64,000 nt of DNA from contig NC_057749.1 in assembly GCF_004010195.1 (NCBI RefSeq), positions 10,080,728-10,144,727 of the forward strand, read 5' to 3'. How positions within the stretch are numbered: position 1 is the first letter of the stretch; each line of letters starts with the position of its first letter. This document shows positions 24,721 through 38,169 of this stretch, one piece after another. The notes below the pieces were generated by a model, which saw only the letters and a program-made list of their open reading frames with translations, was not told the DNA's origin and made no database searches. Position numbers and translations under genes: made by a program. Source of the stretch: Chiloscyllium plagiosum. Lineage: Eukaryota.

Positions 24721-26947
24721 CAGTCACTCACTCGGATGTGACCAGTGCCGTCATTGAGTCTACTGGGCTGTGCCCAGAGTGGTCATCAGGTCATTGACTG
24801 CTTGCATGTCACTGTGTCTGCAGGTTATTGTGGCACAGTGTGGGTCAGAGAGTGTGCCCAGTGCTGGCAAAACTTCAGAAGTTCTACTGGAGCTTCTCAA
24901 CTTCAGTTTTGGGGTACAATGTACACTGAATTTCACCTGACAAGCCCAATTCTTAGCATGGTCTTGTTGGATGTTACATAGTTTGCAGCAGCTTCTCCAC
25001 TCTGTTATCTTCTTGGCTGTTGGAACTGGCCTGCCTAATTTTTAAAAAATCTAATTCATGCTTGAGATGTGAGCACCAATGGTAAGACCATTATACAATG
25101 CCCATCACTGAGTGGCTTTCTAGGCCTCCTCAGAGGGTGGTTAAGGGTCAGCCATATTGCTGTGGGAATGGAGTCATGCACAGACCAGGTAAGGATGAGG
25201 TCGTTTCCTTCCCTAAAGGGCATTAGTGAACCAGCTGGGGGTTTTACACGATCACCATTACTGAGATGAGCTGTTTATTCCATATTAATGAATTAAATTC
25301 AGACTTCTCCAGCTTGCTGTGGTGAAATTTGTTTCCAGAGGCTGAACCTTTGGCTTACAAAAGTATTGGTATAACCACGATGCCACCATTCTTGATATTC
25401 AGCGATAAGAATGATTTTGTCACCGCTATCTAAAGGGGCAAACCTGGTAAGGAGACAGAGCCCAAACATGTAGTGTAATGGAAAGTATATCAAATTTATA
25501 ATTCCAGTTGATAGCATTCTGATTCCTGTTTCGCCAATGTTTCAATCTGGCATCATGTGCCAGTGTAAAGAGTACAATGCCCACTTCATGGGCTACACCT
25601 GTGAAGGTCAAGACGATTTCCAATCAGTGCCTCTGCTCATTGTGTGGCTGAAGGTCATCTTTAAACCTTAACCACAAAATTTAAAGAGCGGTCCCCTTAA
25701 ATCCCAGAACAGGAGTCACACTCCACAGAATTGTTGCAGCTCAGAAGAAGGCCATTTATCCCATTGATCCAGCACCAGTTCCGTTAACTAGTGCCAATTT
25801 CCTGCCTTTTCTGGAAATCCCTTCACACCATTTTGACCTAAATATTCATCCAGAGCCCTCTTGAATGTCTCGATTGAACCTGCCCCCGCCACATTTCCAG
25901 GTAGTGCACTCCAGACCCTAAATACTCGCTGAGTGAAAAGTGTTATCCTTTCTTCATTTTAAATCTATGCTTCATTTTAACATCATTTTAAATCTATGCC
26001 CTCTCGTTCTTTTTTCTTTTCCAAGTGAGAACAGCTCCAAATATGCCAAAATGTTTAACCAATTCTATTGTCGGCCTGTCAAGTCAGTGAAGTCACTTAA
26101 AAGCTAATTGTACGCCTCTTGGTCTCCACCCCAAATCTCTAACGGTGTAGAGAGGGACGCCAGCATAGAAATGACAGATTTTACTTTGCATCATTTGCCT
26201 GATTTTACTCAGGATTCATTTAACTATATTTTTTTCAGTAACCAGTCATTATGTAATTTACTTAGTTTGAGTAAATAGATTGTGTTTGCACAGAACATGC
26301 TGTTCTGGTAGAGATGATATACTGAGATATGAAAGGCATGTGAAATGTTGATTGTGACTTTGTATGTCTTTTATTTGTTTGTGGGATGTGGGTGTCGCTG
26401 GCTGGGCCAGCATTTATAACCAATCGCTGGAGAAGGTGGGGGTGAGCCACCCTCTTGAACCATAGCAGTCCTTGGCCTGTGTTGTTGATTGGATGGGAAT
26501 TCCGGGGTTTTGAACCAAATCACTGCACATGTTGCTTTCGGCTGTTTTGAGTTACTGATAACCCAAGGGAACCTCAGTGTGCCTGTAATTCCAGAATCTT
26601 TGGCAGAAGGCTAAATCGTGAGGAAATCAGTTGGGAAAGGCATGAAGGATGGTGGTAGAAGTGAAATTTTGTGGGACAAAGGGTGGCAAATGCTGTTCCT
26701 GATTGAATATTTCAGAACTGAGTTTGGCAACTTTGTGATGTTAATGTGGATGGAAGGTAGCTGAATGGTATTGAGATAATAATACATTGAATGGTGGAAC
26801 AAGCATGGGACATCAATAAACCTGCTGTTATGATTTCTGAAGTCGCAAAGAGAAGGAGTTAATGAGGCTCACATCTGCAGGGATACAGTTAAGTAAAACC
26901 CTTGGGAATGGAAAGGATAACAAATTGGATGAGTGTAGAAAATATTT

Positions 26948-27174
26948 AGGAGAAACTAGGGACTGCAGAGATCAGAGTTGAGAGTGTGGTGCTGGAAAAG
27001 CACATCAGGTCAGGCAGCATCGGAGGAGCAGGAGAATCGACGTTTTGGGCATTGGCCCTTCATTAGGAATGATGAATGCCCTTCCTGATGAAGGGCTCTT
27101 GCCTGAAACGTCAATTCCCCTGCTCCTTGGGTGCTGCCTGACTTGCTGTGCTTTTCCAGCACCACACTCTCAAC
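26948..27174. mobile_element. Palindromic PLE-derived short element (family 1) with 14-bp TSD and hammerhead motif at 27085-27112
   Basis: Inverted arms spanning 26976-27175; tgtagaaaatattt at 26934-26947 and 27175-27188. Confidence 0.85.
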
Positions 27175-27663
27175 TGTAGAAAATATTTGTTATGTGTCAA
27201 AGGAGATACGTTAGAGAAGGCAGAATTGTTGAGGTATGTGAGTGAACAGAAGAGCGAGGAAGAATATTTCATGCAGACCAGTGTGAAGTACATCACAGAT
27301 AGAAATTAGATGACATATAAATATTATGCACATTGTTGAAAAAGTTAAGAAGGGAGATGGAAGCCTTGGTGCAGCTGACATGAAACATCATTCAACAAAG
27401 TCCCTAGGAAGATAAGCTAAAAAAACCCAAATAGCCAAATTCGAATTAGAGGATAATCAAATTTTATGACATTACATTCAGCTTGTGCCTTAACCTCTGC
27501 TCCCAATTCTGCTTTCCCCAGCCGCAGCAGCTGTTTGGACAATTAGAGCCGTGGAGAGAAGAGGCTGCTCCCTCAGGCTGTGGTAAATAATTCTGAGTTG
27601 TAAGTACACATATTGTTTCTCACTTTCCTCTCTTCGTGTGAATGGGAGCTGCCTGCCTGACAC

Positions 27664-28095
27664 CTTAACTATGGAAAATACACCTTCCCACTCCCCTTCT
27701 GAAATGACCATCCTCGGCCTCCTCCGTTGCCACAACAAACCAAGCCACAGGGTGGAGGAACGACACCCCATCTTCCGCCTGGGCAACCTACAGCCTGGAG
27801 AACTCAACACTGAATTCTCCAATTTCAAATAACCTCCCTTCACTTCCCCAGCTCCCCTCCCTTCCATTCCTCCCTGTCACCCACCCACCAGATTCATTCT
27901 TCCCATTGACTCACCAGGTCATACCCTCTACCTGGCTTCACCTATCCCCACTTCAACATCCTGCCCCGCCACTCCCTTTATCTGCAGCTCCCTCTTCACT
28001 CACCGCTAGTTCTGAAGAAGGTTTACACCCAAAACGTCAACTTCTCCATCTCCACATGTTACCTGGCTTGCTGTGTTCCTCCAGCCTCCTGCCTG
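27664..28095 (+). mobile_element. PLE 3' fragment (end of GIY-YIG ORF plus 3' terminus)
   Basis: ILGLLRC...EERHPIFRLGNLQPGELNTEF; degenerate hammerhead near 28012. Confidence 0.75.
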
Positions 28096-30109
28096 ATACA
28101 GCATGAGAGGACTGGGGCTTAGAGATTGCTCAATTATTTGAACTTTTGCGAGGGGCCTCACCTTTGAGTGAATATGTATGGTAGGGCAGTCTGATTGTGT
28201 TAACCTTTCTGGCCTTTTTTACATTTCTTATTCTATGTCAGATTTTCCCAGGTGACAGCTTTTGATCAATGCCTTGCACAACTTGGCTCCCTTAACCAGA
28301 CAATGCAAATATATTTAAAGCCGCTTCTTACTTAACCAAACCACCTGCACACACTCACAGGGAATGACGATCACAGCCCACAGCTCTCCCCAAATAAAGG
28401 AAGTAGTTTGCGTTTATATAATGCCTGTCGGGATATAGCCAAGCATTTTGTAGTTGAACCGAAGGGAAACCCAGTCAGTTCATGCATAGGAAGATCACGC
28501 AAGTTGCAATGATGTAAGTCTGCAGTGAATGTGATTTTGGTGAGCTGAGCGAGGGATGTATGTTCAAACAGACATGAGCAGAACCTCTCTGAACAGTGAT
28601 TTATTGTCTCATTTGTACCTCAAACCATGGCAGCCTTGCTCCCGGACGGCAATGACAGCTTGCACTAGCTGGCTAAGTCCATGTCTCTGCCAGTGACACA
28701 TCTGCACCAGGTTTTGGTGAAATAAGACTTTTTTAGGAGTGTCATTCTCACCCAGTTTGCTGCCTGATCCCCTCCTTGAGGGTGTCCCCATTTTCAAGAG
28801 GTGATTCTGCTCACAGGTCCCTCAGAAATGCCAAGGTGTACTAGCTCTTCTTTCCTTCTTCACAGCAGCTAGCTGCCACGTTCTGACACTTCAAAGGCCC
28901 AGGCAGCTACTGACAACGGTAAGTGCATAAAGTGGGTGTGATGTTATGGCAATGGGAGGGTAGGGAAGCAGATAAATGGTGAACTGTTGAGAGACATCTG
29001 GGAGGGTCTCTGTCACGGTCATGGATCATGTGGTCAGGTCAGATCAGGCCATGGCATTGGAGATGGAGGTTCACAGAAGACACCGAAGGAATTGCCTGGG
29101 TTATATTTTCTGCTCAGCAATTCCTCTACACCTGATTCCCTCCGGGAATCTCTGTTTAAGTCAGAGAATTCAGAGGGTTCTGATGAAATTGAGGAAATAG
29201 TTACTCAGGAAAAATTAAACTATTAAATCACAGCCTAACTCCTGAGTAACTATTCACTTGAAGCCGCACTTACCTCACAAATGCCCCCCACTACAGAGTG
29301 GCATCCAGTGTTTCTTAATGAAACCATTATTGCTGCCCTGTGCCTCATTAATCAGAATGTTTTCACGTTTTTGCTGATGTGTCCCACACTTTTGGGTACA
29401 GTGTCCAAATGTCCTAGCAGGAATGGGATGATAATTTATGTACAAGTAGATACAGACATTAGACCTTAAGAAACAGATGTAGAATTTGGCCCTTCAGCTC
29501 ATCAAGTCTACCCCACCATTCGCACATGATTGATATATGGTAGCCTCAGCTGGTGCTGGAATTGAACCCACACTGTTGGTATCACTCTACATCACAAACC
29601 AATCCATCCAGCCAATTGAGCTAACTAACCCCCTATCGTGGCTAGTTCACTCAGTCTGAAGTAGAGTTTTCATTTATACCAGTGAATGTTGCAGTTAATA
29701 AGGAAATGTTTAACTTTGTGTCTGCAGCCAAAACTAAGACAGTTTGGTTAAAGTAAGCACAATGAGCAACATAATGGTGAAGACCTCACTATTACTTATT
29801 GCTGGATGAGACACACTTGTAGAAAATAGCTAACAGGCAGCTACACTGGAGCGTGAAGGAGTATATCTGAAAGAAAATCATAGCTCTCTTTGCATTTAGT
29901 ATGTCTCGATCTCTCAGGTCCAAACTATTTCTGTACAACTCAAACTTAAATATAGCTGAAGTGGCAAAGTGTTTTTTCAAAAATATACTTTATTTGTAAA
30001 AGTACATTGACAGTTTAAATTTGACATCACATGCAAGTAACACAGATGAGTTTTTATCACATCAATATTCTTATAATTTCAAGTTTGCAATATGTATTTG
30101 TATTTCTGT

Positions 30110-30370
30110 AGAATCCCTATGGCCATACTGACCCCCTGAGAGCATTCCACCCAGACCCACCTCTTTATCCTATCCCAGTAACCCTGCATTTCCAATGGCC
30201 AATCCACCTAACCTGCACACCTTTGGACTGTGGGAGGAAACTGGAGCACCTGGAGAAAACCCACACAGACACAGGGAGAATGTGCAAACTTGAACAATCG
30301 TATGAAGCTGGAATCAAACCTGGGTTCCTGGTGCTATGAGGTAGCAGTGCTGACCACTGAGCCACTGTGA
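30110..30370 (-). mobile_element. HE1/V-SINE-like SINE
   Basis: Same consensus, reverse strand. Confidence 0.85.
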
Positions 30371-32549
30371 CATTTCATGTCAAATGGTCTCAGATTTCTC
30401 AAGGGACGTTATACAGATTCCAGCTTGTCCAGTGGTGGGAGGCCTTAGAAAGTATCGAAGTTGCTAAAGTTTATTTTACCTAAAATATGCTTTATTCATG
30501 AAGTTTGTAAAGCTTCAGTTTAAATTTGTCATTTCATGAGGTACTTTCCAATACAACAGATTCCTCACTACACCCGGTCTTACCATTTTATTTACAGTGT
30601 TTATTTCATGTCAGCCATACAGCCCCAGGGGTTTTGTATAGTTTCTAGAATTTCCACCTTTTCTTGTGGAGGTAGAGCTTTACAGAGTAGCTTTGCCTCA
30701 GAGGATTTGTGGCATCTGCTCCAAGGCTTAGGGTATTCCTCAGCACACAGCCCTGGACCTTGACTATCGAGTGGAATCCACTATCGCAAAGTACGGTGGT
30801 AACTGGGACAGTGAGTAAATTTGAGGAGGAATTAGACAGATTTTTAATTGGTAATGGGTTGAAGGGTTATGGGGAGAAGGCAGGAAAGTGTGGGTGAGGA
30901 GCATATCAGCCATGATCGCATGGCGGAGCAGACTCAATGGGCTGAATGGCCTAATTCTACTCCTATATCGTATGATTGCCTTTGACACTGGAAGACCAAT
31001 GAGCTTGAGCTGCCCAAAGAGCTTCTTTATCTGTGTTAAATTTGGGTGGGAGTGGGGGGATGTGCGTGCAGTGGTGTTGGGTGCAGGTGGGAGGGGTGTT
31101 GGGGGGTTAGGTGGGGGATGTGGGTGGCAGGCACAGGGCCCGGGATTATGGAACAGCTTGAGATGAGCCTCAAAAGCACACAGTATGTCTTTCCAGCACA
31201 GCTTCACATTGCAGAAGGAGGTGAGGAGGGGGTGTAGTTGGATTTGGTCTTTACCACATAGCAACCTGAGGGCAGTGTGCAGAGAGACTGGGAGCACAGG
31301 AAACGCCCTGTGCCTCCTCAACCAAGAATGTCTCTGTGCTTGTTTGGAAATTCTGGTGAGCGTTCATTCTACCAAATTTATGGGTCTGTTCAGGGAACCA
31401 TCTGACAGAATCCAGCATCTTCCTTTCCTGCATGGCCTCATGTCATTGACCAGAATATTGACTTGCGTTGCAGTTCGACAGTCCTTTCTATTCTTTTATT
31501 GAAGGTGAGTATTGGTGGCCACTCTAACATGTGTTACTATTTCCTCAGTGCCCTTGAATTAAGCAGCATCATTGCCCATTTCAAAGGGCAGTTAAGAGTC
31601 AACCACATCGCTGTCTGGAATCATGTGTAGGCCAAACTTTCTTCTCTCAAGTATATACGAAACAGATGGGTTTTTAAAACAATAATATTAGTTTTGTTTA
31701 TTGTGAATTAAATCTAAATTCTACTAGCTGCCGTGATGGAATTTGAATCCAGGTCCCCAGATGATTAGACTGAGTCTCAGGGTTCCTGGGTCACATTGCC
31801 CCTACCCCAGCATTTCCCCATTGACAGCTATTGAATAATATTGTTTGTCAGTGGGATAAGAAGCAAAAACAAAGCACAGCAAGATGAGGAGGAGCCACAG
31901 TATTGCCTGCAGCGAGTTCTAGATAATGTAACTGCTTCAGGATGGTGTAATGCATGACTAAGACAGAACCACTTATTCAGAATGGTGCTGAGCTGCACCA
32001 TTCACCTGAGGGAGTCCATTAGCCTTTGACGGCCAGTTTGCAATGCAGAGTGATACCAATAGCACGGGTTCAATTCCTCCACCAGCTGAAGGACCCTCCT
32101 TCTCAACCGCTCCCCTCGCCTGAGGCATGGTGACCCTCAGGTTAAACCACCAGTGGATTATTTTGTCTACAACAGAGTAATAATTAAAGCAAGTTTTAAG
32201 TTGCAGGTTTTTTTTGTTTGTGGGGATAAGAGAGAGAGAAAAAAACAAATCTGAAACTGAGATCATTAGACATTGGAAATATATACAATTTGGGCTTCAG
32301 CTCAGGACCTTGATCAGTAGTTTGTAACTTAGAGATGAATTTCATGAAATAATGTTATTAACATGCACATGAATTGTTATCTTATCAAAACTTCGAATTG
32401 TTCCGTTTTTGTTAAGCAAGTTAAAAATACATGCAATTCACATTTCAGTTCAAGGTCAGTGAATCAAGGACTTTTGGACCTATTTAGAGCTGTTTATCAA
32501 CTCCAAACATAAGTGAAAGCTACACAGTTTTAACCTGAGAGATTGGAAG

Positions 32550-32606
32550 ATGGAACAGCACGGGAATCTATCAGTAGTGCTCTATGCAAAAAATGACCTG
32601 AGACTG
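32550..32606 (+). CDS. SORD: SORD-like paralog B, coding exon 1: MEQHGNLSVVLYAKNDLRL
   Basis: Strong Kozak (AAGATGG); in-frame TGA upstream at 32514; CTG|gtaaac donor; matches the SORD NLS.V....DLRL motif. Confidence 0.9.
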
Positions 32607-32700
32607 GTAAACTAACTTTATCTCTTCAAAGTTTGTGAGAAGATTTGTAGCTCGGGTACTTGCTGTGGTTCTGTTCGCCAAGCTGGAAGTTTTTGTTGCA

Positions 32701-32734
32701 AACGTTTCGTCCCTTGTCTAGGTGACATCCTCAG
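32701..32734 (-). ncRNA. Minimal type I hammerhead ribozyme motif in the PLE terminus
   Basis: gca-CTGAGGA-tgtcacctagacaagggac-GAAAC-GTT-tgc: core boxes, stem II, self-complementary stem III, GCA/TGC stem I. Confidence 0.65.
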
Positions 32735-33696
32735 TGCTTGGGAGCCTCCTGTGAAGCGCTTCTGTGGCGTTTCCTCCGGCATTTATAGTGGCCTGTCCCT
32801 GCCGCTTCCGGTTGTCAGTTTCAGCTGTCCGCTGTAGTGGCCGGTATATTGGGTCCAGGTCTATGTGTTTGTTGATGGAGTTTGTGGATGAGTGCCAAGC
32901 TTCTAGGAATTCCCTGGCTGTCCTTTGTTTCGCTTGCCCTATAATGGTAGCGTTGTCCCAGTCAAATTCATGTTGCTTCTCGTCTGCGTGTGTGGCTACT
33001 AGGGATAGCTGGTCGTGGCGTTTCGTGCATAGTTGATGTTCATGGATGCGGATCGTTAGCTGTCTTCCTGTTTGTCCAATATAGTGTTTTGTGCAGTCCT
33101 TGCATGGGATTTTGTACACTACATTAGTTTTGCTCATGCTGGATATCGGGTCCTTCATCCTGGTGAGTTGTTGTCTGAGGATGGCTGTTGGTTTGTGTGC
33201 TGTTATAAGTCCTAGTGGTCGAAGTAGTCTGGCTGTCAGTTCTGAAATGCTCCTGATGTATGGTAGTGTGGCTAGTCCTTTGGGTTGCGGCATGTCCTCG
33301 TTCCGTTGTCTTTCTCTTAGGCATCTGTTGATGAAATTGCGAGGATATCCGTTTTTTGCGAATACCTTGTATAGGTGTTCCTCTTCATCTTTTTGCATCA
33401 AGACACTATTCAAAAGGGCCACAACACACTGCAGCACACCAGAACTGCAAAAAGAGAAAGAGGAACGCCTATACAAGGTATTCGCAAAAAAACGGATATC
33501 CTCGCAATTTCATCAACAGATGCCTAAGGGAAAGACAACGGAACGAGGACATGCCACAACCCAAAGGACTAGCCACACTACCATACATCAAGAACATCTC
33601 TGAAATGACAGCCAGACTACTGCGACCACTAGGACCCCCAACAGCACACAAACCAACAGCCACCCTCAGACAACAACTCACCAGAACGAAGGACAC

Positions 33697-33913
33697 NNNN
33701 NNNNNNNNNNNNNNNNNNNNNNNNNNNNNNNNNNNNNNNNNNNNNNNNNNNNNNNNNNNNNNNNNNNNNNNNNNNNNNNNNNNNNNNNNNNNNNNNNNNN
33801 NNNNNNNNNNNNNNNNNNNNNNNNNNNNNNNNNNNNNNNNNNNNNNNNNNNNNNNNNNNNNNNNNNNNNNNNNNNNNNNNNNNNNNNNNNNNNNNNNNNN
33901 NNNNNNNNNNNNN
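33697..33913. other. Assembly gap (N run)
   Basis: Ns in the sequence. Confidence 1.
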
Positions 33914-35303
33914 GACCTAGAAACTATTCTCGATTGTCAGGAAAACCCATCTGGTCCACTAATGATCTTTAGGCCTAGAAGCATGGCACTCATCCACAAA
34001 CTCCATCAACAAACACATAGACCTGGACCCAATATACCGGCCACTACAGCGGACAGCTGAAACTGACAACCGGAAGCGGCAGGGACAGGCCACTATAAAT
34101 GCCGGAGGAAACGCCACAGAAGCGCTTCACAGGAGGCTCCCAAGCACTGAGGATGTCACCTAGACAGGGGACAAAACGTTTGCAACAAAAACTTCCAGCT
34201 CGGCGAACAGAACCACAGTAACTTTATCTCTTCTTGATTCATTTTGGAATGACAGTGCAGAAAGTAAAAAGATCCGGTTAGCTGTGGAGTTCAAAACAAA
34301 ATATATTTTAGTGAAGGATTTTCTTTTAACATTTTAATTGTTATTCAGCTGTATTAAAGACAGCTATCAAGCAACTGGAAATAAACAAAGAAAAAACGGA
34401 AATCGCTGGAGAAACTCAGCAAGTCTGGCTGCATCTCTGACGGGTAAACGGAGTTAACATTTTGAGTCTAATAACCCTTCTTCAGAACTGAAAACAGCTG
34501 GCATCGAAGTTCTGAAGAAGGATCGCCAGAACCGAAATGTTAACTCTGACGCTGCTGAGTTGTTCCAGCAACTTCTGCTTACATTTGTTTCAGACCTCCA
34601 ACATGCACAGTTCTTTATTTATATGAAGCAGCTAACTTGTGCATCTTGGAAGAATTGTGAAATCCTTTTAAACGTTGGCCTTGCTTTTATTCTGTTGCAG
34701 TCCCTAGAAGTCTGACAAATTTATCTCTGATTTCCATCCTAATATGTTAAACAATAATGGCTACGAAGAAAATTTGTTTTGACTGGATGAATATTAAAGG
34801 TTTGGGAATTGACAGGGGTGATTATATAGAGCAGTGCAATAGTATTGTAGCTATGGTGGAAGAATAGAAATCTTGAGGCATGAGTTTAAATTCTGCTGCA
34901 TCATTTGGGATATTTTTAAAATTTAAATTAATCACCCTGGAATAAAACAAAAACCAACAGCAGTAATGATGTCTATGAAAGTGTCAGCATCATCCAGTTT
35001 GCTAATTCCCTTCAGGCAAGGCAATTCATAGAAATGTCCCCGTCTAGCTGTCATCAGAATTGCCCATGAACTAAAAATTTGGATGAGCCCCGTTTGTATC
35101 CTGTTCTGGTTTTTGAGTGTTTCAGATTAAAAATAATCAACGACACAGCTTTCTACTTTAGACAAGACTAAAGGATAATGTGTATGCAATGCTTGATGAA
35201 AGTCAATCAATTAAAAGTGACAATGTTATTAGTTAAAACTACAGACATCAAAAGTAGGCAGGATAAGAGATACTTGTAAAGAAGAAAGTAAGACCAAACT
35301 AGC

Positions 35304-35553
35304 GAGTTTTGAGAAGATTTGTAGCTCAGGTTGAGGTTCTGGATGTAAGTTTGTTCGCTGAGCTGGAAGATTCATTTTCAGACATTTCGTCACCATATGA
35401 GGTAACATCATCAGTGAGCCTCTGGTGAAGCGCTGGTGTTATGACCTACTTTCTATTTATCTGTTTAGGTTTAATTAGATTGGTGATGTCATTTCCTATT
35501 CTTTTTGGGTCCAAGTCGATGCGTTTGTTGATAGAGTTCTAGTTGGAATGCCA
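35304..35553 (-). mobile_element. PLE 3'-end fragment
   Basis: gagaagatttgtagctcagg terminus and a ctgatgatgttacc...gacgaaa motif on the minus strand. Confidence 0.75.
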
Positions 35554-35626
35554 AACTGACTGATAGTTGCAGGTTTATTAATTCTTAAGGTTACTCTATC
35601 CAAAGTGGCAGGTTTTGAAACTTACA

Positions 35627-36068
35627 TCAGCTACAGGGAGAGGCTGAGTAGGCTGGAGCTACTTTTCTTGGAGTGTTGGAGGCTGAAGGGTGACCTTATT
35701 AGAAGTTTGTAAAATCGTGTGGGGCATGAACACGGTGAATAGTCAATGTCTTTTCCCCAGGATAGGGGTCTCCAAAGCTAGAGGGCAAAGGTTAATGTGA
35801 GCAGGGTAAGTTTTAAAAGGGACTTAAGGGGCAACTTTTTCACATAAAGGGCGGTGCATGTATGGAATGAGCTGCCAGAGGAAGTGGTGGAGGCAGGTAC
35901 AAATACAACGTTTAAAAGGCATCTAGATGGATACATGATCAGGAAGTGTTTAGAGGGGTATGGGTCAAATGCTGGCAAATAGGACTAGATTAATTTAGGA
36001 TATCTGGTTGGCATGAATGAGTTGAACTGAAGGGTCTGTTTCATGCTGTACATTCCTATGACTCTATG
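35627..36068 (+). mobile_element. CR1-type LINE 3' end
   Basis: Conserved CR1 tail ending ctatgactctatga. Confidence 0.88.
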
Positions 36069-36934
36069 ATGCAACAATTGCAATGCTTCTGTAGTCAAAT
36101 AGTTGGTGTTTGCCTCTATGGATGGATTCAGCTGGATTTTGGAGACAGCGAGAAGATTTCTTGTTCTTCACTAATTCTCTGGTTGAGGAGTTTGGAAATT
36201 GCCATTGCTCTTTTGGCAGAACAGTTGATTCCTAAAACATTTGTCCTTATGCTCCCATGGACCAGTAACCCAGCTTTTCCTAGGAGCCAAAAGAAAAATG
36301 CTGCAGATGCTGGTAACCTGAAATAAAAAAAAAACAAAGAGCTGGAAAATTTCAGCAGGTCTGTTAGCTTTTGCGAGTTCTCCAGAAGAGTTTCAAAACG
36401 GTAACTGTGTTTTTCTCTCTCTTGGATGCTGCCATACCTGTTGGGTTTCTCCAGGAATTTGTGTTTTTGTTGTTTCTTCCCAGGCCTCTCTCCAAATTGG
36501 GGTTTGCATCCTGTCTTTATCATCGGAGGCCATAAGAACATCAGAACAAGTAGCAGGACCATTCAATATGATCATGATTGATCTTTTCATGGCCTCAGCT
36601 CCACTTACCCGCCTGCTCACCATAACCCTTAATTCCTTTACTGTCCAAAAAAATTCTCTACCTTAGCTTTAAAAACATTTACTGAGGAAGCCTCAACTAC
36701 TTCATGGGCAGAGAATTCCCTTAGATTCACAAGTCACATGAAGAGGCTTATTTGAAATCACAAGCTCTCAGTGCACTGCCCCTTCATCAGTTCATTAAGT
36801 TTTGAACTTGTCCAATAGTTGTCAGCTGTGAGTTCTAACTTGAAAGGATGTTTAAAATTTAACGTAAGGGTTTTTCTTGTTAAGGTACAGGCAGAAAGTT
36901 TCTTTTAATATACCTTTATCCACAGAATTCCACA

Positions 36935-37590
36935 GATGTGGCCTTGCAAGTAGATTGGGTGGTTAAGATGGCGTATGGCATGCTTGCCTTTATTGGCCGG
37001 GGAATTAAGTACAAGAATCAGAGTTCATGTTGCAGTTTTATAAGACTTTGGTTAGGCGACACTTAGAGTATTGCGTTCAATTCTGGCCACCACATTACAG
37101 GAAGGATGTGAAGGCTTTGGAGAGGGTGCAGAAGAGATTTCCCAGGATGCTGCCTGGATTAGAGGGTATGACCTATAAGGAGAGGTTGGAAAAACTCAGG
37201 TTCGTTCCTCTGGAGCGGTGGAGGCTGAGTGGAAATTTGATAGAAGTCTATAAAATTATGAGATGCATAGAAAGGGTTGATGGTCAGAATCTTTTTCCCA
37301 GATTTGAAATGTCTGAATCTAGGGGACATGCATTTAAAGCGAGGGGGGAAGGTTCAAAGCAGATGTGAGGGGCAGGTTTTATGTACAGAGAGTGGTACGA
37401 GTCTGGAATGCGCTGCTAGTGATGGTGGTGGTGGCAGATACGGATAGGGGCATTTAAGGGGCTTTGAGATAACCACATGAATATGCAAAGAATGGAGGGA
37501 CATGGACCAAGGGCAGGCAGAAGAAGTTAGTTTAATTTGGCGTCATGTTCAGCACAACATTGTGGGCGGAAGGACCTGTTCTTGTGCTCT
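36935..37590 (+). mobile_element. CR1-type LINE 3' end
   Basis: MLQFYKTLVRRHLEYCVQFWPPHYRKDVKALERVQ. Confidence 0.9.
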
Positions 37591-38169
37591 AAGTTCAATG
37601 GCAGTGGCTAACATGTGATTACAGACCCATTGCATTTTGTGTTTGATTTTTAACTGCAACTTTAACTGCAAAGCACTCGATTTTCTCAGAAAATGTGACA
37701 GTGAATCCCAACAGTTCAAGAATGTGATTGCCCAACACCTACTGCCGTAACTGCTGACCAAGCCGGCAATTCCCAAGCTCAGTGAAAGAATAAATGTTTA
37801 AAAAAATCAGGAATAGGTGTTCTTTTGGGTTGAGATGTTTGTGACAAGAGATAAAGTCTGACTGAAAACTGGTTGGGAGGGAGTCTGTGCTGAGCATAAA
37901 CAGGGGGAATCTGAGAGTTTTGACCGCAAGACTTTTGGCAGCACAAACGTTTGTTATGTTTGACAAGCTTGTTCAATGATTACAATGATGTGCAGCAGAG
38001 CATGTTACCACCACACAGTTACACATTAACTTCATAAATTGTTCTCAAGATTCTTATGGTTGTGGACAAGCATGGTACAAAAGAACGAGATTTTTCTCAA
38101 CTGATTGGTGATTCTCAGAATGTTAATGTTGGTGGTGCTTCCACCTCCTGTGTGAGTGTAGCTTTAATC

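Larger units (their letters stand above)
32628..34218. mobile_element. Penelope-like element (GIY-YIG C-terminal part) as two inverted copies with a 15-bp TSD; contains an assembly gap
   Basis: Minus ORF with VVYKIPCKDCTKHYIGQTGR...RIHEH...REFLEAW; mirror copy on + from 33396; taactttatctcttc at 32613-32627 and 34219-34233. Confidence 0.92.

Noticed and set aside
33356..34060. 234-aa ORF, and likewise 59378-59815
   Set aside because: Length is inflated by N gaps; the sequence is PLE-derived.
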